DNA of 64,000 bases from an uncultured Acidobacteriota bacterium (GTDB lineage: Bacteria > Acidobacteriota > UBA6911). The notes below the pieces were generated by a model that did not search any database, had not been told where the DNA came from, and was given only the letters and a program-made list of their open reading frames with translations. Positions 38,861 through 49,305 of the stretch are shown one piece after another. Location: assembly GCA_963843575.1 (NCBI GenBank), contig CAWJKZ010000026.1:1-64000 (forward strand), in the 5' to 3' direction. The stretch's first letter is position 1. Each line of letters opens with the position of its first letter. A program made the translations under genes and the position numbers.

Positions 38861-39991
38861 CTAACCACTGACGACGATCCTCCCTTTTTCCAGCAGTTTT
38901 CGTGCCGCTTCGAACACGATGTCGGCCGGCGTCGCGTCCATGCAGGTGACCTCCTTCGGGCAGACACTCAGGTAACACGGGCTGCACTCGAAATCCGAGA
39001 CAATCTTGGTGCCGCGCCCGTACAGCTCGATCTCCTGCGGGCACGTCGATCCGAGGATGACGAGCACCGGCACCTTGAGCCCGATGGCGATGTGCATGGC
39101 GAGGGTGTCGCCGGTGACGATCAGGTCGCAGTTGCCCACGATGCCGGCAAACTGACGCACGGGGTTGTCGGTGCCGGTGTCGATCGGCGGGTGGCGGGCT
39201 GCGGCCGCGATCCGTGCGTTGCGCTCGACCTCGGCCGGCCCGCCGAGCAGCAGGACCTTCGCGCCGCACTCTTCGACCAGCCGGTTCGCCAGTTGAACGT
39301 AGCCTTCCTCCGTCCACTTCTTCGTGGCAAAGATGTTGCCAGAACCCGTGTTGAGCCCCACCTTCAGGTCTCCGGGCGCCGCACCCCGCTCCTGCAGCAG
39401 CTGCCTGCCCCCCTCGATCTCGGCAGACAGGTCGGGGACCAGGTATTCCTGGGGGACCGGGTATTCGAGCCCGGCGCACTCGAAAACCAGTTCGGGATAG
39501 GTTTTTCGGTTCTGTCGGAACTTGAGCTCGTCGTTGATGCCCAGCTCGAAGGTGTACTCGGACCCGGGGTTGAGCGGCATGACGTTCCCGTACTCGCTCA
39601 GGCCGAATCCCGCCTTGCGGCCGGCCCGGATCTTCATCGCCAGTGCGGACGCTTTCGGCTCTTTGTCGAGGCAGTACAGCCGGTCGAATGATTCGCACTC
39701 GAGCTGCAGCACCGCCTCGGGTCCGTACGGGACGAGCCGGTCGATTTCCGGGATGCCGGCGAGCATCGGGACGACTTTGGGTTCGGTGAGCCATGTGACG
39801 TGCGCATCGGGATCGGCTCCCTTGAGGCCGCGCAGCAGGGGCGTAGTGCGCAGGACGTCGCCCATGGCTGCGAGCTTTATGATCAGGATGCGGACTCCAA
39901 ACGGGCGATAATGAGGGCACCCGTCGCAGGCGCGCCGGAACGCACAAGGTTTGTGTCCCACGAAATAGCGGCAATCATAATGGACAAACAT
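38861..39991 (-). CDS. Glycosyltransferase family 9 (heptosyltransferase-like) with N-terminal Cys cluster
   Basis: [30 protein letters not shown]-terminal CSPC...C...CM. Confidence 0.88.
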   Translation of the reverse strand: MFVHYDCRYFVGHKPCAFRRACDGCPHYRPFGVRILIIKLAAMGDVLRTTPLLRGLKGADPDAHVTWLTEPKVVPMLAGIPEIDRLVPYGPEAVLQLECESFDRLYCLDKEPKASALAMKIRAGRKAGFGLSEYGNVMPLNPGSEYTFELGINDELKFRQNRKTYPELVFECAGLEYPVPQEYLVPDLSAEIEGGRQLLQERGAAPGDLKVGLNTGSGNIFATKKWTEEGYVQLANRLVEECGAKVLLLGGPAEVERNARIAAAARHPPIDTGTDNPVRQFAGIVGNCDLIVTGDTLAMHIAIGLKVPVLVILGSTCPQEIELYGRGTKIVSDFECSPCYLSVCPKEVTCMDATPADIVFEAARKLLEKGRIVVSG

Positions 39992-41006
39992 CGCTCTCCT
40001 CATGCCCGCGGGCCGCGCAGCGCAGCCGGAGCCACACCAGCAGGAGCCAGACGAACCTGAACGGCAACAGCACCAACTTGGTCGTCAGGAACAGGATCAT
40101 GCGCGCCTGGTGCGCCCCGCTCCAGCGAGGCAAGGCGCCGACGCGCGCACGCTCGTTCATACGGTGCGCCAGGAGCGCAAGCCACTCGCGCGCGGTGAAA
40201 TAAAAACAGTCATTATTCTCGTTGAAGATCACCTTGTGACGGGCGCCGACCAGGAACCCGAAACACTTCACCTTCCAGTAACTCGGGTCACCGGTGAAGA
40301 AGAGGACCGCCGCGTCGTAGTGCGCGCGCCTCAGTTCCAGGAGGTGCTTCCAGGCGCCGCGAGTCTCCGCGTGAGTCTGGACGGAGTGCAGCATGGGGTG
40401 GCGGGCAAACTGCCCGACGATCTCGGGCGTGTTGCGGCAGAAGAGTGTGTACTGCGGCCTGTGAAACAGCGACCGGTCTCTCAGTCGCTCGAGTGCCCTC
40501 AGGACGTGTCGCGGTGCCGCGGACTGCAAGACGAGGATACGCTCGCCCTCGTAGCGATCGACGGCCGGTTCGCCCGCAGGCGGCACGAACGCGTAGTGGT
40601 CCGTCGGGAGCGGATGTTGCCACCGGAACAGGGCATGCCGGACAATGGCCTTCCACGTCAGACGGAAGCTGCTGCCGTCGCCGATGTGCACCCGGGTCCC
40701 GCGGGCCGCCCCGATGAGCAAGCCGGCCACCCGCAGGCGTCGGTAGCGCCGCTCCCCTGTCCAGAACGTGTGCTGGACATCGACCCCGGTCTGTCGCAAC
40801 TCCCCAATGATCCGCCTGCGGCGCCCGCGCGCAAACGGTACGATCCGTGCCCCCGTGATTTCCGAGAAATACCGCACAACCTCGCGGTCAGGCGCGCAGA
40901 GGATGGTCAGCGCCGCCCGTGGCGACGACGCGTCGGCCAAGATCTCCTCCGCCTTGGCGCGCACCCGTTTCGGCGACGCGGTCTGGACGAGCAAGGTTCG
41001 AATCAT
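39975..41006 (-). CDS. Hypothetical protein with internal tandem duplication and C-terminal TM
   Basis: 343-aa ORF within the GT operon; two similar halves (LLVQTA...FWTGERRY / ILVLQSA...FFTGDPSY). Confidence 0.7.
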   Translation of the reverse strand: MIRTLLVQTASPKRVRAKAEEILADASSPRAALTILCAPDREVVRYFSEITGARIVPFARGRRRRIIGELRQTGVDVQHTFWTGERRYRRLRVAGLLIGAARGTRVHIGDGSSFRLTWKAIVRHALFRWQHPLPTDHYAFVPPAGEPAVDRYEGERILVLQSAAPRHVLRALERLRDRSLFHRPQYTLFCRNTPEIVGQFARHPMLHSVQTHAETRGAWKHLLELRRAHYDAAVLFFTGDPSYWKVKCFGFLVGARHKVIFNENNDCFYFTAREWLALLAHRMNERARVGALPRWSGAHQARMILFLTTKLVLLPFRFVWLLLVWLRLRCAARGHEESDVCPL

Positions 41007-41021
41007 GAGAAGGAGTATAAG

Positions 41022-43403
41022 CTATTCCGGGGACTTGACGGTGCGGGTCTCCTGCCCGAGGGCGTCGAAATCGGTTGCCAGGGTGGAGCGTATGTACCGC
41101 CCGTAGAGCTGGAGGAGCCTTGACGCGGAAGCTTCCCAGCCGTAGTGATTCTCCACCAGGCGGCGTCCTTCCACCCCGAGGCGAGCGCGCAACCCGGCGT
41201 CGTTGAGCAGTTCCACCACTTGGTCGGCAAACGCCTCATCGGTGCCTGCGACCAGCAGGTTCCTCCCCTGCTCGTAACGCAGCCCCGCGCAGGCGACCGG
41301 GGTGGCCACGACGGGCATCCCCATGCCCCACGCCTCCAGGATTTTCCCACGGATGCCCACCCCCAGACGCAGGGGAACGACGTAAACCGACGCGGAGGCC
41401 ATGCAGGGGCGGATGTCTTCGACGAAGCCGGTCACCTCGATGCCGGGTGTGCCGGCCAACGCCGCGACCTCCGGGGGCGGGTTGCTGCCCACGATGACGA
41501 ACTCGGCGTCCGGCACTCGGGAGCGGATGCGCGGCAGGACGGCGCCGCAGAAGTGCAGCATTGCATCGACGTTCGGGTGGTGCTGGAACGCCCCGACGAA
41601 AACGAGGCGCGGGCGGGTTTCCGGGCTCCCGGACGGACGGAAATATTCCAGGTCCACCCCGGTGTTGATGACGTGGACCGGGACATCCGCGCAGAAGCGC
41701 CTCAGCGCGGCGGCGTCCGGATCGGTCATGCACACGACGGCGTCGGCGCGGCGCACGAGTCGGACCTCCCGGTCGAGCACCTGAAGGTAGTTGTAGAACC
41801 AGCGCAGCTTCTGCGACGGGTTGCGCTCGACCCGGGCCCGCCGCGCGCAGGCGGCGAAATCGACCTCGTGCTTCGTCAGGATCGTCGGGATCCCGAGTTC
41901 CTTGTCCGCGTAGCAGCCCATCTGGGAGTACTCGAGCTGAATGAGCGCGAAATCCCTTTCCTGCAGCGCGTGTTCCACTGCGGCGGTCATCTCCGGCGTG
42001 CGGAACTCGTCGAAGGGCTCGTACGGGAACAGGTGCCACCTGAGCGGGGGGCGGCGGCGCAGGGCGACCACGCTCTCGCAACAGCTTTCGACGTCGGCCA
42101 CGAATTCCCTTTCGTCGTCGTGCTCGAGGTAGCTGAGGAGAGTGACCCGGTAGGAACGGGCGACGCGGCGCAGCAGCTGAAACATGCGGGCAGCCCCGGC
42201 GTGGCGGCCGAGGTGGGGCAGGTACGCGGTGACCCAGAGCACCCGCGGCCGCTCGTCGCGCCCCGCGCCACGACCGCGGCGCGCGCGCGCGAAATAGAGC
42301 GCCGGATGGGTGAAAGTGCGGAAGATTTCCCGGTCCGACCTCGCCCGCCGCACCGTGCGGCCCAGCCGCTCGATTTCGACTTCCGGAATCCGGATGGCGG
42401 CATCCACAAGGCTGCGCCAGATGCCGATCCCGTGTTCCCGCGCGAGCCGGAAGCAGGACCACGGCAGCCACACGCAGTGCGCCAGCAGGTAGCGCCAGCC
42501 ACGGATGTTCTTCCACAGGAAGAGGAACTGGTTCCTTTGGATGAGGACCTGCAGCTGCATGGGGCCGAAGCGCTTCCGGCTGGTCGCGCGGTGCTTGTGG
42601 TATACCACGGATGCCGGCGCGAACAGCACCTCCCACCCCGCGCACCACGCGCGGTACGAGAGATCGGTGTCCTCCACGTAGGCCGGGGCATAGGCCTCGG
42701 AAAATCCGCCCAGCGCGAGATAACGCCCGCGGTGGAATGCGGACGAACCGCCGCCCGCCCAGAATACCGGGTAATGGCGGCGTTGCAGTTCCCGGTCATC
42801 GACGGGCGCGTGGCCGAACTCGATCATGCCGCGACGGAAGGCGGCCGTCGTGCGGCCCGTCTCCTCGCGCCGGGCGGACGGGTCCTGCAGGTGGATTTGA
42901 CTGGAAACGGCGAACGTGTCGGGGCCAAAGCCCTCGAGCAGAGGGCGGAGAAATCCCCGATCGACGACCATGTCGTTGTTCAGCAGCACAACGGTCGGGT
43001 GTTTTGCAGCCCGGACACCCGCGTTGTTCCCGGTGGCAAACCCCTGGTTTTCCGGCAGCGCGACGAGCCGGACGCCGGGGAAGTTGTCCCGTACGTAGTC
43101 GCGGGATCCGTCGGTGCTGCCGTTGTCGACGACGATGATCTCGTGGGGCAGCCCGTCGGCCGCGACCGCGTCGAGGACGGACGGGAGCCCCTGGGCGAGG
43201 AGTTCCTGCCCGTTCCAGTTCAGCACGACGATCGAAGCGGGCCCCGGGGCGGGCGCATCCCGCTGCAGCTCCTTCTTGCGCGTGAAGCGCGTCGCCACGT
43301 GGACGGCGTTGAAAAACAGTAGCGTCGCCGCCAGCAGGAGGAGAAACGGCGTCAACAGCACGGTCAGGAGCGCCAGCCCCGTCAATCGCACGATGTAAAA
43401 CAT
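41022..43403 (-). CDS. GT2-GT4 fusion glycosyltransferase
   Basis: N-terminal TM, GT2 (VVLNWN, LLNNDM, YVEDTDL), GT4 (FVGAFQHHPNVD, GIRGKILEAWGMG). Confidence 0.9.
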   Translation of the reverse strand: MFYIVRLTGLALLTVLLTPFLLLLAATLLFFNAVHVATRFTRKKELQRDAPAPGPASIVVLNWNGQELLAQGLPSVLDAVAADGLPHEIIVVDNGSTDGSRDYVRDNFPGVRLVALPENQGFATGNNAGVRAAKHPTVVLLNNDMVVDRGFLRPLLEGFGPDTFAVSSQIHLQDPSARREETGRTTAAFRRGMIEFGHAPVDDRELQRRHYPVFWAGGGSSAFHRGRYLALGGFSEAYAPAYVEDTDLSYRAWCAGWEVLFAPASVVYHKHRATSRKRFGPMQLQVLIQRNQFLFLWKNIRGWRYLLAHCVWLPWSCFRLAREHGIGIWRSLVDAAIRIPEVEIERLGRTVRRARSDREIFRTFTHPALYFARARRGRGAGRDERPRVLWVTAYLPHLGRHAGAARMFQLLRRVARSYRVTLLSYLEHDDEREFVADVESCCESVVALRRRPPLRWHLFPYEPFDEFRTPEMTAAVEHALQERDFALIQLEYSQMGCYADKELGIPTILTKHEVDFAACARRARVERNPSQKLRWFYNYLQVLDREVRLVRRADAVVCMTDPDAAALRRFCADVPVHVINTGVDLEYFRPSGSPETRPRLVFVGAFQHHPNVDAMLHFCGAVLPRIRSRVPDAEFVIVGSNPPPEVAALAGTPGIEVTGFVEDIRPCMASASVYVVPLRLGVGIRGKILEAWGMGMPVVATPVACAGLRYEQGRNLLVAGTDEAFADQVVELLNDAGLRARLGVEGRRLVENHYGWEASASRLLQLYGRYIRSTLATDFDALGQETRTVKSPE

Positions 43404-43554
43404 TTCTGCACTTGATCGCCTGCCGCCGGATGGGCCTGAAGACGCGGGCACCGGCATGTCCGCAATTCATTGGGTCCCGAGCCCCCGGTGGCGAAGCAGT
43501 CGGACGAACAGACGGACTGGAGACCGGGATAACGGCACATCAGCGACCTGCCCT

Positions 43555-44850
43555 TCAGCTCGACTGGGCGAGCCGGCCGATGTAGTTGACCACGTCCACC
43601 TCCATTTTCACCATGCCGTACACCAGGTCCGCCGCCTGAAGGTTGAACACCAGGGCGTTGTCGATCCAGTCGCACATGTCGTGTTTCAGGACGTTGCCGC
43701 GGGCAATCGCCGGCGAGACGGAATAGCTGCCGGCGGCGAGCTGCGGGATCGTGACCCGGAAATCCGTGGTGAACACCTGGCCCGGACGTGCCGGGGGAAG
43801 GACGCTCCCGGCGTAGGATGTGTTGCAGGCCGAGATCTCGACCCCTAGCCGGTCGCGCAGGGTGTACCCGAGGATAGGCTGGGGCACGTCGCGGTGGAAG
43901 CGCGCGGTCACGCGCACGACAACCTGCTGGCCGCCGAAGACGTCGCGCGTGGACCTCCCCTCTTCGTCAAGGAGGTCCACGCCGACCAGGCTGGCATCGC
44001 CGTTTCCGAACCTGTGATCGATGTTCGGAATGCAGTCCGCCATCGGGATCTCGCCCCCGGCCGGCTCCACCGGAATTGCAGCAGCAGCGGCTTCGTCCTC
44101 GAACCCGCCATAGCGCCGCTCTCGCTCGAAGCTCAGGGCTCGGTATTTCTGGACGACGCTGTCGGGCGAACCGTCCTCCAACAGCTTTCCCTGGTCCAGC
44201 AGCAGGCCACGATCGCAGAACTTCGTGACGGCCCCAAGGTCGTGGGTCACCAGTACGATGGTCTTACCCTGGGCGCGGAGCTTGTTCATGCGGTGCATGC
44301 AGCGGTGCTGGAAGATCAGGTCGCCGACCGAGAGCGCTTCGTCCACCAGCAGGATGTCGGGGTCGACGTTGACCGCCACCGCGAAAGCGAGCCTCATGAA
44401 CATGCCGCTGGAGTAGGTCTTGACCGGCTGCTCCATGAACGAACCGATCTCGGCGAAATCCGCGATGGCCTGGAACCGCTCCTGCATCTGGCGGGTGTCC
44501 AGCCCCAGGATGGCGCCGTTCATGAAGACATTCTCCCGCCCCGTGAATTCCGGGTTGAACCCGGAGCCCAGTTCAAGGAGCGCCGAGACTTTTCCCGACA
44601 CGAGGCACTCGCCCCGGGTCGGGCGCATGATCCCGGCCAGGATCTGCAGCAGTGTACTTTTCCCCGACCCGTTTTGCCCGACGACTCCCAGGGTTTGTCC
44701 GGGGGTCAGGTCGAACGACACGTCCTCGAGCGCCCAGAACTCCCTGTGTAGAGGGGCGCGCGCCAGCTTCAGCACCTCGCGCAGCTTGTCCGCCCGGTTG
44801 CGGTAGATCTGATACTTCTTCGAGAGGTGCCGCACCTGTATCGAGAGCAT
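43555..44850 (-). CDS. wzt: Polysaccharide ABC exporter ATPase Wzt with C-terminal domain
   Basis: FWALEDVSF, GQNGSGKST, YSSGMFMRLAFA, DEALSVGD. Confidence 0.92.
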   Translation of the reverse strand: MLSIQVRHLSKKYQIYRNRADKLREVLKLARAPLHREFWALEDVSFDLTPGQTLGVVGQNGSGKSTLLQILAGIMRPTRGECLVSGKVSALLELGSGFNPEFTGRENVFMNGAILGLDTRQMQERFQAIADFAEIGSFMEQPVKTYSSGMFMRLAFAVAVNVDPDILLVDEALSVGDLIFQHRCMHRMNKLRAQGKTIVLVTHDLGAVTKFCDRGLLLDQGKLLEDGSPDSVVQKYRALSFERERRYGGFEDEAAAAAIPVEPAGGEIPMADCIPNIDHRFGNGDASLVGVDLLDEEGRSTRDVFGGQQVVVRVTARFHRDVPQPILGYTLRDRLGVEISACNTSYAGSVLPPARPGQVFTTDFRVTIPQLAAGSYSVSPAIARGNVLKHDMCDWIDNALVFNLQAADLVYGMVKMEVDVVNYIGRLAQSS

Positions 44851-45707
44851 TAGAGCACGTCCACGAATTCGCGTTTCATGTGCCGGAAGAATACCCCCCC
44901 CAGTACGAACACCGCTACCGAGCCTGCCGCCAGCAGGGCGAGCAGGGTGAGATCGGGCATGCGCATCCGCAGCAGACAGTCGCGGTAGCCCGTCACCACG
45001 TGCGCCAGCGGATTCCATTTGAGCAGGAAAACGAGCTGGCTCGGAAACCGTTCCGGCGAGTAGAAAATCGGTGTGAACCAGAACCAGAAGGTCAGGACGA
45101 CGCTCAGCACCTGCGAGACATCCCGGACAAAGACGTTCAGGCCCGACACCAGCCAGGACAGGCCGAGCGTGAAGAGCATCAGGCACAGGAAGTACACCGG
45201 CACGAGCAGTGCGTAGACGCTGATTTTGCCGAGCGTGGCGGCCAGAATGGCGAGCAGGATCGCGAAGCCGATCAGGTGGTTGACGACACCGGCCAGCAGC
45301 ACCGTCAGCGGCAGGATTTCCGTCGGGAACAGCGTCTTGGTCACCAGGTTCGAGTTGTCGATGATCACGGTGCTGGAACGCTGCAGCGTGTCTTGGAAGA
45401 AGAGCCATGGCAGGATGCTGCAGAAGAGGAACAACGGGAAACTCGTGGTCCCGGAGTCGGGCAGCGGCCGCTGGCCGAAGATGACGGAGAAGACGAACGT
45501 ATAGCTCACCAGCAGCACGATCGGGTGGATCACGCTCCAGAAGAAGCCCATAAACGAGCCGACGTAGCGGGAACGCAAGTCCCGAACGACGAAGTTGCGG
45601 ATCAAACCCCGCTGGACAAAAAGCTTCTGGGCGAAGTTCCCCAGGATGATCCACGGCGCGAGCCAGGGATGGACCTGCCGGGGAGCGGTGTGCGGCACGG
45701 TGTTCAT
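44850..45707 (-). CDS. wzm: Polysaccharide ABC exporter permease Wzm
   Basis: RDLRSRYVGSFMGFFWS, TPIFY, WNPLAH, REFVDVL. Confidence 0.92.
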   Translation of the reverse strand: MNTVPHTAPRQVHPWLAPWIILGNFAQKLFVQRGLIRNFVVRDLRSRYVGSFMGFFWSVIHPIVLLVSYTFVFSVIFGQRPLPDSGTTSFPLFLFCSILPWLFFQDTLQRSSTVIIDNSNLVTKTLFPTEILPLTVLLAGVVNHLIGFAILLAILAATLGKISVYALLVPVYFLCLMLFTLGLSWLVSGLNVFVRDVSQVLSVVLTFWFWFTPIFYSPERFPSQLVFLLKWNPLAHVVTGYRDCLLRMRMPDLTLLALLAAGSVAVFVLGGVFFRHMKREFVDVL

Positions 45708-45731
45708 AAGCCGCGCATTATAGCAGAGAGG

Positions 45732-46886
45732 CTATTGGTGTGGGTGCGATGGCGGGCCGAGGGAAGGGAGCGGGGGCCGCGTCTTGCCGCCCCCGCGGCT
45801 CAGTCGGACAAACAGCTGTTCGTACCGGCTGACGATATTGTCCCAGCAGTACTCGGCCCGGGCGCGTTCGAGTGACTTCTGTCTCAGGCGGGCAAATCGC
45901 TCCGGGGAGTCCTCGACCTGCTGCAGCTGGCGGGTCAGGTCGCCGGCGTCGTTTTTCGCGTACAGGAGGCCCGCGTCGCCGAGCACCTCGGCGTTTTCGG
46001 GAGTTCCGTTGGCGAGCACCAGATTGCCCTGTCCCATCGCTTCGACCAGGGCCGGGTGCGTGCCGCCGACCTCGGTCGCGTGCACATAGCAGAACGCGTG
46101 GGCCAACAGCTCCCTGTAACTTGCGCCGTAGATCGCCCCGGGGAAGAGAACCCTCGGGTCGGCCATACTCTTGAGGGTCCGGATGTATTCGTGCGAATAG
46201 GGGGCGTCCCCGACGATCACCAGGGGTTTGGCGGTGCGAACACTCCCGTAGGCACGCACGACGAGGTGGGCGTTGTTCTCCGGTTCCAGCCGGCTGACGT
46301 ACAGGATATAACCCCCCGGCGCGAGGCCGAGCCGATCGAGGCACGCGCGGGTGGTCGTCTGGCAGGCCAGTGTGCCGTAGGCGATGAACTCCGAATCGGC
46401 CCCGTAGCGCTCGCGGTAGTACCGCTGGATGACCCGGGCGTCGGTGACGGTGGCGTTGGGCAGCCACACGGAAAGGTATTCGCATGCGCGGTAGTACGCG
46501 CGCCCCGCGCGGTTCCACTTGCGGCGCAGGCGCTCGATGCCGTCGACGTTCAGGGCGACGGGTGTTCCGGCCAGCCGCGGGATCCAGGCGAATATGCTGT
46601 TGGCTGCGTTGCAGATAAGCATCACGTCGTAGCGTCTGAAGAGCGCGTGGATGACCGACAGGAACGTGTGGACCAGGGTGTCGGTGTATTTCCACTGCAA
46701 TGTCGGCAGGACGACGAGGGAAACTCCGCGGTAGCGGCGCTGTCCGAGCGGGACATGGTGCGACCGGCAGTACACGGTCACGTCGTGGCCGCGGGCGGCG
46801 AGGCCGGCGGCGCACTCCTCGGCGAACGTCTCGAAGCCGCCGTAATTGGCCGGGATGCCGCGCGTACCCAGGATCGCGATCTTCAA
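45732..46886 (-). CDS. Glycosyltransferase family 4 (DUF1972-type N-terminus)
   Basis: ILGTRGIPANYGGFET, NVDGIE, SRLEPENN, GGTHPALVEAM. Confidence 0.9.
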   Translation of the reverse strand: MKIAILGTRGIPANYGGFETFAEECAAGLAARGHDVTVYCRSHHVPLGQRRYRGVSLVVLPTLQWKYTDTLVHTFLSVIHALFRRYDVMLICNAANSIFAWIPRLAGTPVALNVDGIERLRRKWNRAGRAYYRACEYLSVWLPNATVTDARVIQRYYRERYGADSEFIAYGTLACQTTTRACLDRLGLAPGGYILYVSRLEPENNAHLVVRAYGSVRTAKPLVIVGDAPYSHEYIRTLKSMADPRVLFPGAIYGASYRELLAHAFCYVHATEVGGTHPALVEAMGQGNLVLANGTPENAEVLGDAGLLYAKNDAGDLTRQLQQVEDSPERFARLRQKSLERARAEYCWDNIVSRYEQLFVRLSRGGGKTRPPLPSLGPPSHPHQ

Positions 46887-46901
46887 CGCTCTTCTCGCAT
46901 T

Positions 46902-48161
46902 CTATGCCGTCCGCCCGTCGGGCGCCGGGAACCCCGCCGCCCCAAGGTCGGATCGAAAGTCCGAGCAGAAAGCATAGGGAAGGCTCTGCAGGAAAAGAAA
47001 CAGCGTGAGCACCTCGGAATCGCCGAAGTTGTATTCGACCAGGCCCGAGACCATCAGGGCCACCCAACACCCCAGCGCGGCCGTCGCGGCGAGCCGCGCG
47101 TCGCACCCCGGTGGAGGCACCGTGGGGCCGCGGGCCGTGGCGCGCAGGACAGACCAGGCATCGAACGCGAAGCGCCCCATGAGCCAGAGCCAGAGCGCGA
47201 GTCCCGGCAGCCCCCGCTCCGCGGCGATTTGGAGAAAGTTGTTGTGCATGTGCTGATACAGCCAGTCGGGGAACTCGTGGCTCCCCCGGTAACGGAGCGC
47301 CTCGACCTGCACGTTTTTCGGCCCCACCCCGAAGACCGGGTTGTCGCGGATCAGCCTCGCCGACGTCCCCAGGAGTTCGATCCGGTTGCGGGTGTTCGGG
47401 TCGTTCCGATCCCATCCCGAGCGGATGCGTTGACGGAACGATTCCGGCGACGCCGCATAGACGGCGATCACGACCACCACGAACCCTGCCACCGCGCGGT
47501 GTCGTCGCAGCAGTACAAGCACCGTGACGATGCCTGCGACGGCGCCCAGCATGGCGCTCCTGGTCTGAGACAACGAAATGGGCAGCGCCAGGATGGCGAG
47601 TACCGGCACCGCCCAGCGGCGGCGATCCCAGCCGCAGCAGTAACCGTAGGCCACCAGCGCGACGAGGACCAGCATGAGCAGGCCGGAGTAGGTCATCCAG
47701 TGGCTCATGAATCCCGAGATCCTGTGCAGCAGGTCGCGATGCGGGTTCTCGGCGAACTGGGCCACGCCGGCCGCGGATGAAAGCAGGCCGACCGCGAAAA
47801 GGACCTCGAACGATCTGCGCACGCGCCCCTCGCCGGCCATGAGACGGGGCACGATCGGCACCAGAAGGAACAGGTAGAACTTTTTGACGATGCCGAGCCC
47901 CAGCAGGATGTCGGAGGACGCAAGGGCGGCCGCTACGGTCCAGCCGAAGAACAGCGCGAGTGGTAGAAAAACGGGACGCCATTCGATGCGCAGGCCGTCC
48001 CGGCGGGCGGCCCAGAGGATCCCGAATATGGCCGCGCCGAGCATGATCTGGGACGCCGCAATCGAGATCAGCGACAGCGAGACACCCGCGACCAGGGCGG
48101 CGCAGGCAGTCTGCTCCGGCCGCATTTTCAGGAAACGGAGGTGCTTGAGCGCGTCAGGCAT
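46902..48161 (-). CDS. O-antigen ligase family protein
   Basis: Multi-TM, SQTRS, PVFGVG, HMHNNFLQIAAERG. Confidence 0.88.
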   Translation of the reverse strand: MPDALKHLRFLKMRPEQTACAALVAGVSLSLISIAASQIMLGAAIFGILWAARRDGLRIEWRPVFLPLALFFGWTVAAALASSDILLGLGIVKKFYLFLLVPIVPRLMAGEGRVRRSFEVLFAVGLLSSAAGVAQFAENPHRDLLHRISGFMSHWMTYSGLLMLVLVALVAYGYCCGWDRRRWAVPVLAILALPISLSQTRSAMLGAVAGIVTVLVLLRRHRAVAGFVVVVIAVYAASPESFRQRIRSGWDRNDPNTRNRIELLGTSARLIRDNPVFGVGPKNVQVEALRYRGSHEFPDWLYQHMHNNFLQIAAERGLPGLALWLWLMGRFAFDAWSVLRATARGPTVPPPGCDARLAATAALGCWVALMVSGLVEYNFGDSEVLTLFLFLQSLPYAFCSDFRSDLGAAGFPAPDGRTA

Positions 48162-49263
48162 GGGCGGCACGGGAAACAGGCCCCCGGCCCTTCAGGAAAG
48201 ACAGGCAAAGCGCTTCGGTCTCGACGATCTTGCGTTCGAGGGTGAACCGCTCCTCCATCCGGGCCCTCCCCTGCTGGCCCATGCGGAAGCACTCCTCCTG
48301 GTCGTCGGCCAGGCGCTCCAGCGCACGGGCGAGCGCGATCGGGTCCGCGGCAGGGACGAGGATCCCGTTCTCACCGTCGCGAATCAGTTCGGGTATCCCG
48401 CCGACGTTGCTGGCGACCACCGGTAGAGAACTGGCCATGGCGGTCAGGATGGCCGAGGACAGCCCCTCCGACAGGCTCGGCAGCACGAAGACGTCGAAGG
48501 TCTTCATGTACCTGCCGGGACGGTTCTGGAACCCGGCGAACTGGAAGCACGAGTCGAGCCCGCGCTCGCGCACCTGGGCCTCCAGCGCCTGGCGGCATTC
48601 CCCGTCGCCGACGATCACGAAGCGCAGGCGCTGGTGCACGTCCGGGATCAGGGCCGCCGCCTCCACCAGGTAATACAGCCCCTTCTCCGGGCTGAGGTGG
48701 GCCACCGTCCCGATGGTTGCGGGAACCGCGGGGCCCCGCAAGTTGGGCGCCTGCAGCCTGGGATACAGATCGACGTCCATGCCCTCGTAGACCGTGCGGA
48801 TCCGGGATGGCTGGACGCCGCCCGCCTGGAGCTGGGAGCGGATCGATTCCGATATCGCCACGATGCAGTCGATGCCCCAGTTGTATTTCAGCCGGGTCAG
48901 GGGATTGCGGCGCAGCGGGAAGTTGACGCGGCGGAAGATGATCCTGGCCCGCACGGACGAGCAGCGCGACGCCAGGTTGCCGAGCAGGATCGGTTTCGGG
49001 GTGTTGAACGCCAGGATCTGCGGACGGGCGCGCAGCAGCACGCCCAGGATCCGGAAGAAGTAGAGTGCTCCGGTCCCGCCGCGCATCGAGAGAGGATGCA
49101 CGTGCACCCCCACTTCCCGCGCGCGCTCCTCGAGGAGAGTGCCGGGATGGCAGATGAGATGCACCGTGTGACCGCGCTGGCCCAGGCCCCGCAGGAGGGT
49201 GAACAGCTGATCCTGCCCGCCTCGCCACACGCGTTCGGCATCTATGAACAGGAGTGAAATCAT
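48154..49263 (-). CDS. Glycosyltransferase family 4
   Basis: WRGGQDQ, LSPEKG, DVFVLPSLSEGL, GGIPELI. Confidence 0.9.
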   Translation of the reverse strand: MISLLFIDAERVWRGGQDQLFTLLRGLGQRGHTVHLICHPGTLLEERAREVGVHVHPLSMRGGTGALYFFRILGVLLRARPQILAFNTPKPILLGNLASRCSSVRARIIFRRVNFPLRRNPLTRLKYNWGIDCIVAISESIRSQLQAGGVQPSRIRTVYEGMDVDLYPRLQAPNLRGPAVPATIGTVAHLSPEKGLYYLVEAAALIPDVHQRLRFVIVGDGECRQALEAQVRERGLDSCFQFAGFQNRPGRYMKTFDVFVLPSLSEGLSSAILTAMASSLPVVASNVGGIPELIRDGENGILVPAADPIALARALERLADDQEECFRMGQQGRARMEERFTLERKIVETEALCLSFLKGRGPVSRAAHA

Positions 49264-49305
49264 CGCGCCTTGGTGAACTCCGCCCGACGGGTCGGATATC
49301 TTGAT

